From Marsupella aquatica (lineage: Eukaryota; Plantae; Marchantiophyta): a stretch of 64,000 bases of DNA. Below are positions 61,697 to 64,000 of the stretch, piece by piece. The stretch spans positions 6,085,239-6,149,238 of the forward strand of contig OZ316893.1 of assembly GCA_973895155.1 (NCBI GenBank). The letters are read 5' to 3'. The notes beneath the pieces are model-generated. The model was not told the origin of the DNA, searched no databases, and saw nothing but the letters and a program-made list of their open reading frames with translations. The position numbers were made by a program, and so were the translations under genes. How positions within the stretch are numbered: position 1 is the stretch's first letter; each line of letters begins with the position of its first letter.

Positions 61697-63759
61697 TTTT
61701 TTTAGAAGGGTTTTATTTCTTTCCATTTTAATTTTTTGGGAGAGATTGGGAGATACCTTTTGGGAGTTTGTTATTATATGTAATTTTCTTTGGTTGTTGT
61801 GTGGTGCGGTTTCTTTCCTTTGGGGGAAGGGAGGGGCAACATTTTTTATAATAGGAAAGTCAATTAACATGTGTGAGAAGGTGTGGGTATTGTTGGGTTG
61901 GGAGTGGCATGTATGGGGGTGCAAGGTGATTAATTAAGTGGCCTCCCTTGAGACTTGCCGATCTCTCATCATGATTGGATCCACCTCTCAATTTATTGAT
62001 TGTCCTGTTAAATTTTTCTTTTGAATTCATTTCATGTCGTTCCCCCCCCCCCCCCCTCTTGCCTTCCTTTTGCCACATGCCAGATGTAAGGCAAAACCCA
62101 ACTGCCCATGCCTCCATCCACAACTCACTCCCTGCCCACCTGACTGCACCCTACATATGTTCCATCTTTCTTCGGGTCTTTCTTCCACCCTTCCACTCTC
62201 CTTATGCCCACCCTCACTCCTCACCTCTTGGCACCCAACTACTCCACGGGCCTGTCCAGCACCACAAGCCCTCTCCAAGTCATGCGGGGGTGGGGAAGGA
62301 AAAGGAAAAAGCAAGGAGGAAGGAAAAAGATAAAGAAAAAAGGGTAAGGGAGAAAATTAAGGATGTGATAAAATAAAGGTCATCTAAATTATGCAACATT
62401 TTTGGTGACCTTTGGACTCCCGACTAGGGGGAGAAGATTATCGGACCAATTGGAGAGAGAAGCCATTAGGGAGACACCCATTGCTCATCTAGAACAACTC
62501 CTTCCTTGGGTGCAGCCGGGTTCCCCCTCGTACCTATCCATCACCAACTGATCGCCCTGCCCCCAAGACATGCTCATGGCCCAAATTATAATAGCATAGC
62601 TTGTTCTAAAGCTTGTCCCAACACGTCGGGACCAAAATGGCCCTGACTCTTGCATCCAACTCCAGATTCTTGCTTGACGTATGGTTTAGGGGCCAAGTGC
62701 ATTGGAACTCATCCTCCATGCCTACTTGGCCTAGCCTCCCCAACGCAAGCTCCCTTGAGAGACTGAACGTGGCTTGACTACTGTTTTGATAGGATTTGGC
62801 AAGCGGGCGAGATAGCCCCCGCAAACCCCAAGAACCTATGGTTCCCCCAGACCCATATGAGCTCAAGAGGGCATAGCCTTCCTCAAGAGCTTTCCAACAC
62901 ACCCAAGAAGTCCTCCAACGGATTTCCCTTTGGGAAGTTATCACCGTTTCTGTTTGACATTTTTCCTTAGTGTCGCGACTGCCGCGGCTCACGACTTCGG
63001 TTCTCCCTTAGCCCCCAAGGAGACACCACTCCCCTCATATATACTTCTGGAGACTTGTCACCCCCGGACCAACTTTGGTCCCCAACCCACATGTCTGGGC
63101 GCGCCACCAACTGGCAATGCCCATAACTTTCTAGTTAGGCGTCCCCAAGCGGTGTGCCTTAGCCCGTTGTGATTGGACTGACCCAATGCTCATGTCTAGG
63201 CCCTCAGACATCATCGTCGCCGGGGACCCTCGATCGGCCAAAGTTGGATTGAGCCATAACTCGTGCCCCAAGCGTCCATTGCCCTTGGAGTAAACTCCAT
63301 TGGCCTTGGGCCCAAGAGGAGCTCTCACTCAAGCCCTCAGAACTCAAATTCCGGACGGTCGACCTTGAACCCAGCCCTTGGCTAGTCTAATTCCTTAGTG
63401 TGTGCCACCAGTTTAGCGCCTTGACTTTGCCAGTGCCACCCCCCATTGCCCACAAGTCTCCCCATGCTAAGTCCTCCACGGATGGCCTTTCCGGGCCTGG
63501 ACCATAGGGGAGCTTGGTGTCGGAGTCAGCAACGCCGGAGCTAAGTGTTAAGGTAGTCGAGTTCCATGACTCATTCTCAAGAGCAGCATCTCCTACAAGT
63601 ATATAATTATTAAAATTTTACTTCCATATTCCAAGGCGGGTCATGCAAGGTTGACCAAAAATGTTGTTTATGTCTAAGGAGGTTCTTTATTGAGTGTGAA
63701 TAAAGTTTGCATGAGTGTGGTATCAATCTCTTCAACATGTATTCATGTTTATATTTACG

Positions 63760-64000
63760 CATCTTACATAGTTACTTTATCTTTATCATCTTTGCCTCCC
63801 ATGACATCTTCTTTCACCTTGACGTCTTTGTCTCATCTTGACATATTTTTCTCATCTCGGCGGCTTTTCTCTCCTTGACATGTTTTGTCCTCACCTTGAC
63901 ATGTTTTTTCCTCACTTTGACATCTATTTCTCACTTGCACATTGTTTTCTCTCCTCGCCATGTTTTCCTTTCCTTGACATCTTTTCCTCTTCTCAACATC
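63760..64000. repeat. Pyrimidine-rich degenerate tandem array (ccttgacatgtttt units)
   Basis: Directly visible; reverse complement of the 58960-59450 array. Confidence 0.6.

Noticed and set aside
62400-63560. GC-richer segment with ~100-130-aa ORFs
   Set aside because: No recognisable domain; probably an old TE fragment but not classifiable by eye

Overview
Land-plant nuclear DNA (intron style and gene content suggest a bryophyte, possibly a liverwort; this is inference). Two intact host genes lie at the start: a 19-exon cytosolic phenylalanyl-tRNA synthetase beta subunit (2212-9096) and a 2-exon probable mitoribosomal mS26-like gene (13229-14739). The apparently intergenic DNA from ~15.3 to ~57.6 kb is largely a cluster of heavily decayed plant LRR / LRR-receptor-kinase pseudogenes into which many transposons have inserted. 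(1) An apparently intact 5.2-kb PIF/Harbinger-superfamily element with ATT target duplication (Pangu-like) carries a third gene, an RPA1 C-terminal OB-fold/zinc-ribbon-like protein, besides its transposase and Myb-like partner. (2) A tRNA-derived SINE. (3) A non-autonomous Mutator-like element contains a young but coding-dead Ty1/copia that lacks its PBS; an older solo LTR of the same family lies nearby. (4) LINE fragments. (5) A 5.6-kb pogo-like (DD37D) element has additional unknown ORFs flanking its transposase. (6) Foldback MITE-like elements and tandem repeats. The most novel-looking items are the RPA-carrying Harbinger-type element and the multi-ORF pogo-like element. All calls are by manual reading; no database searches were run.
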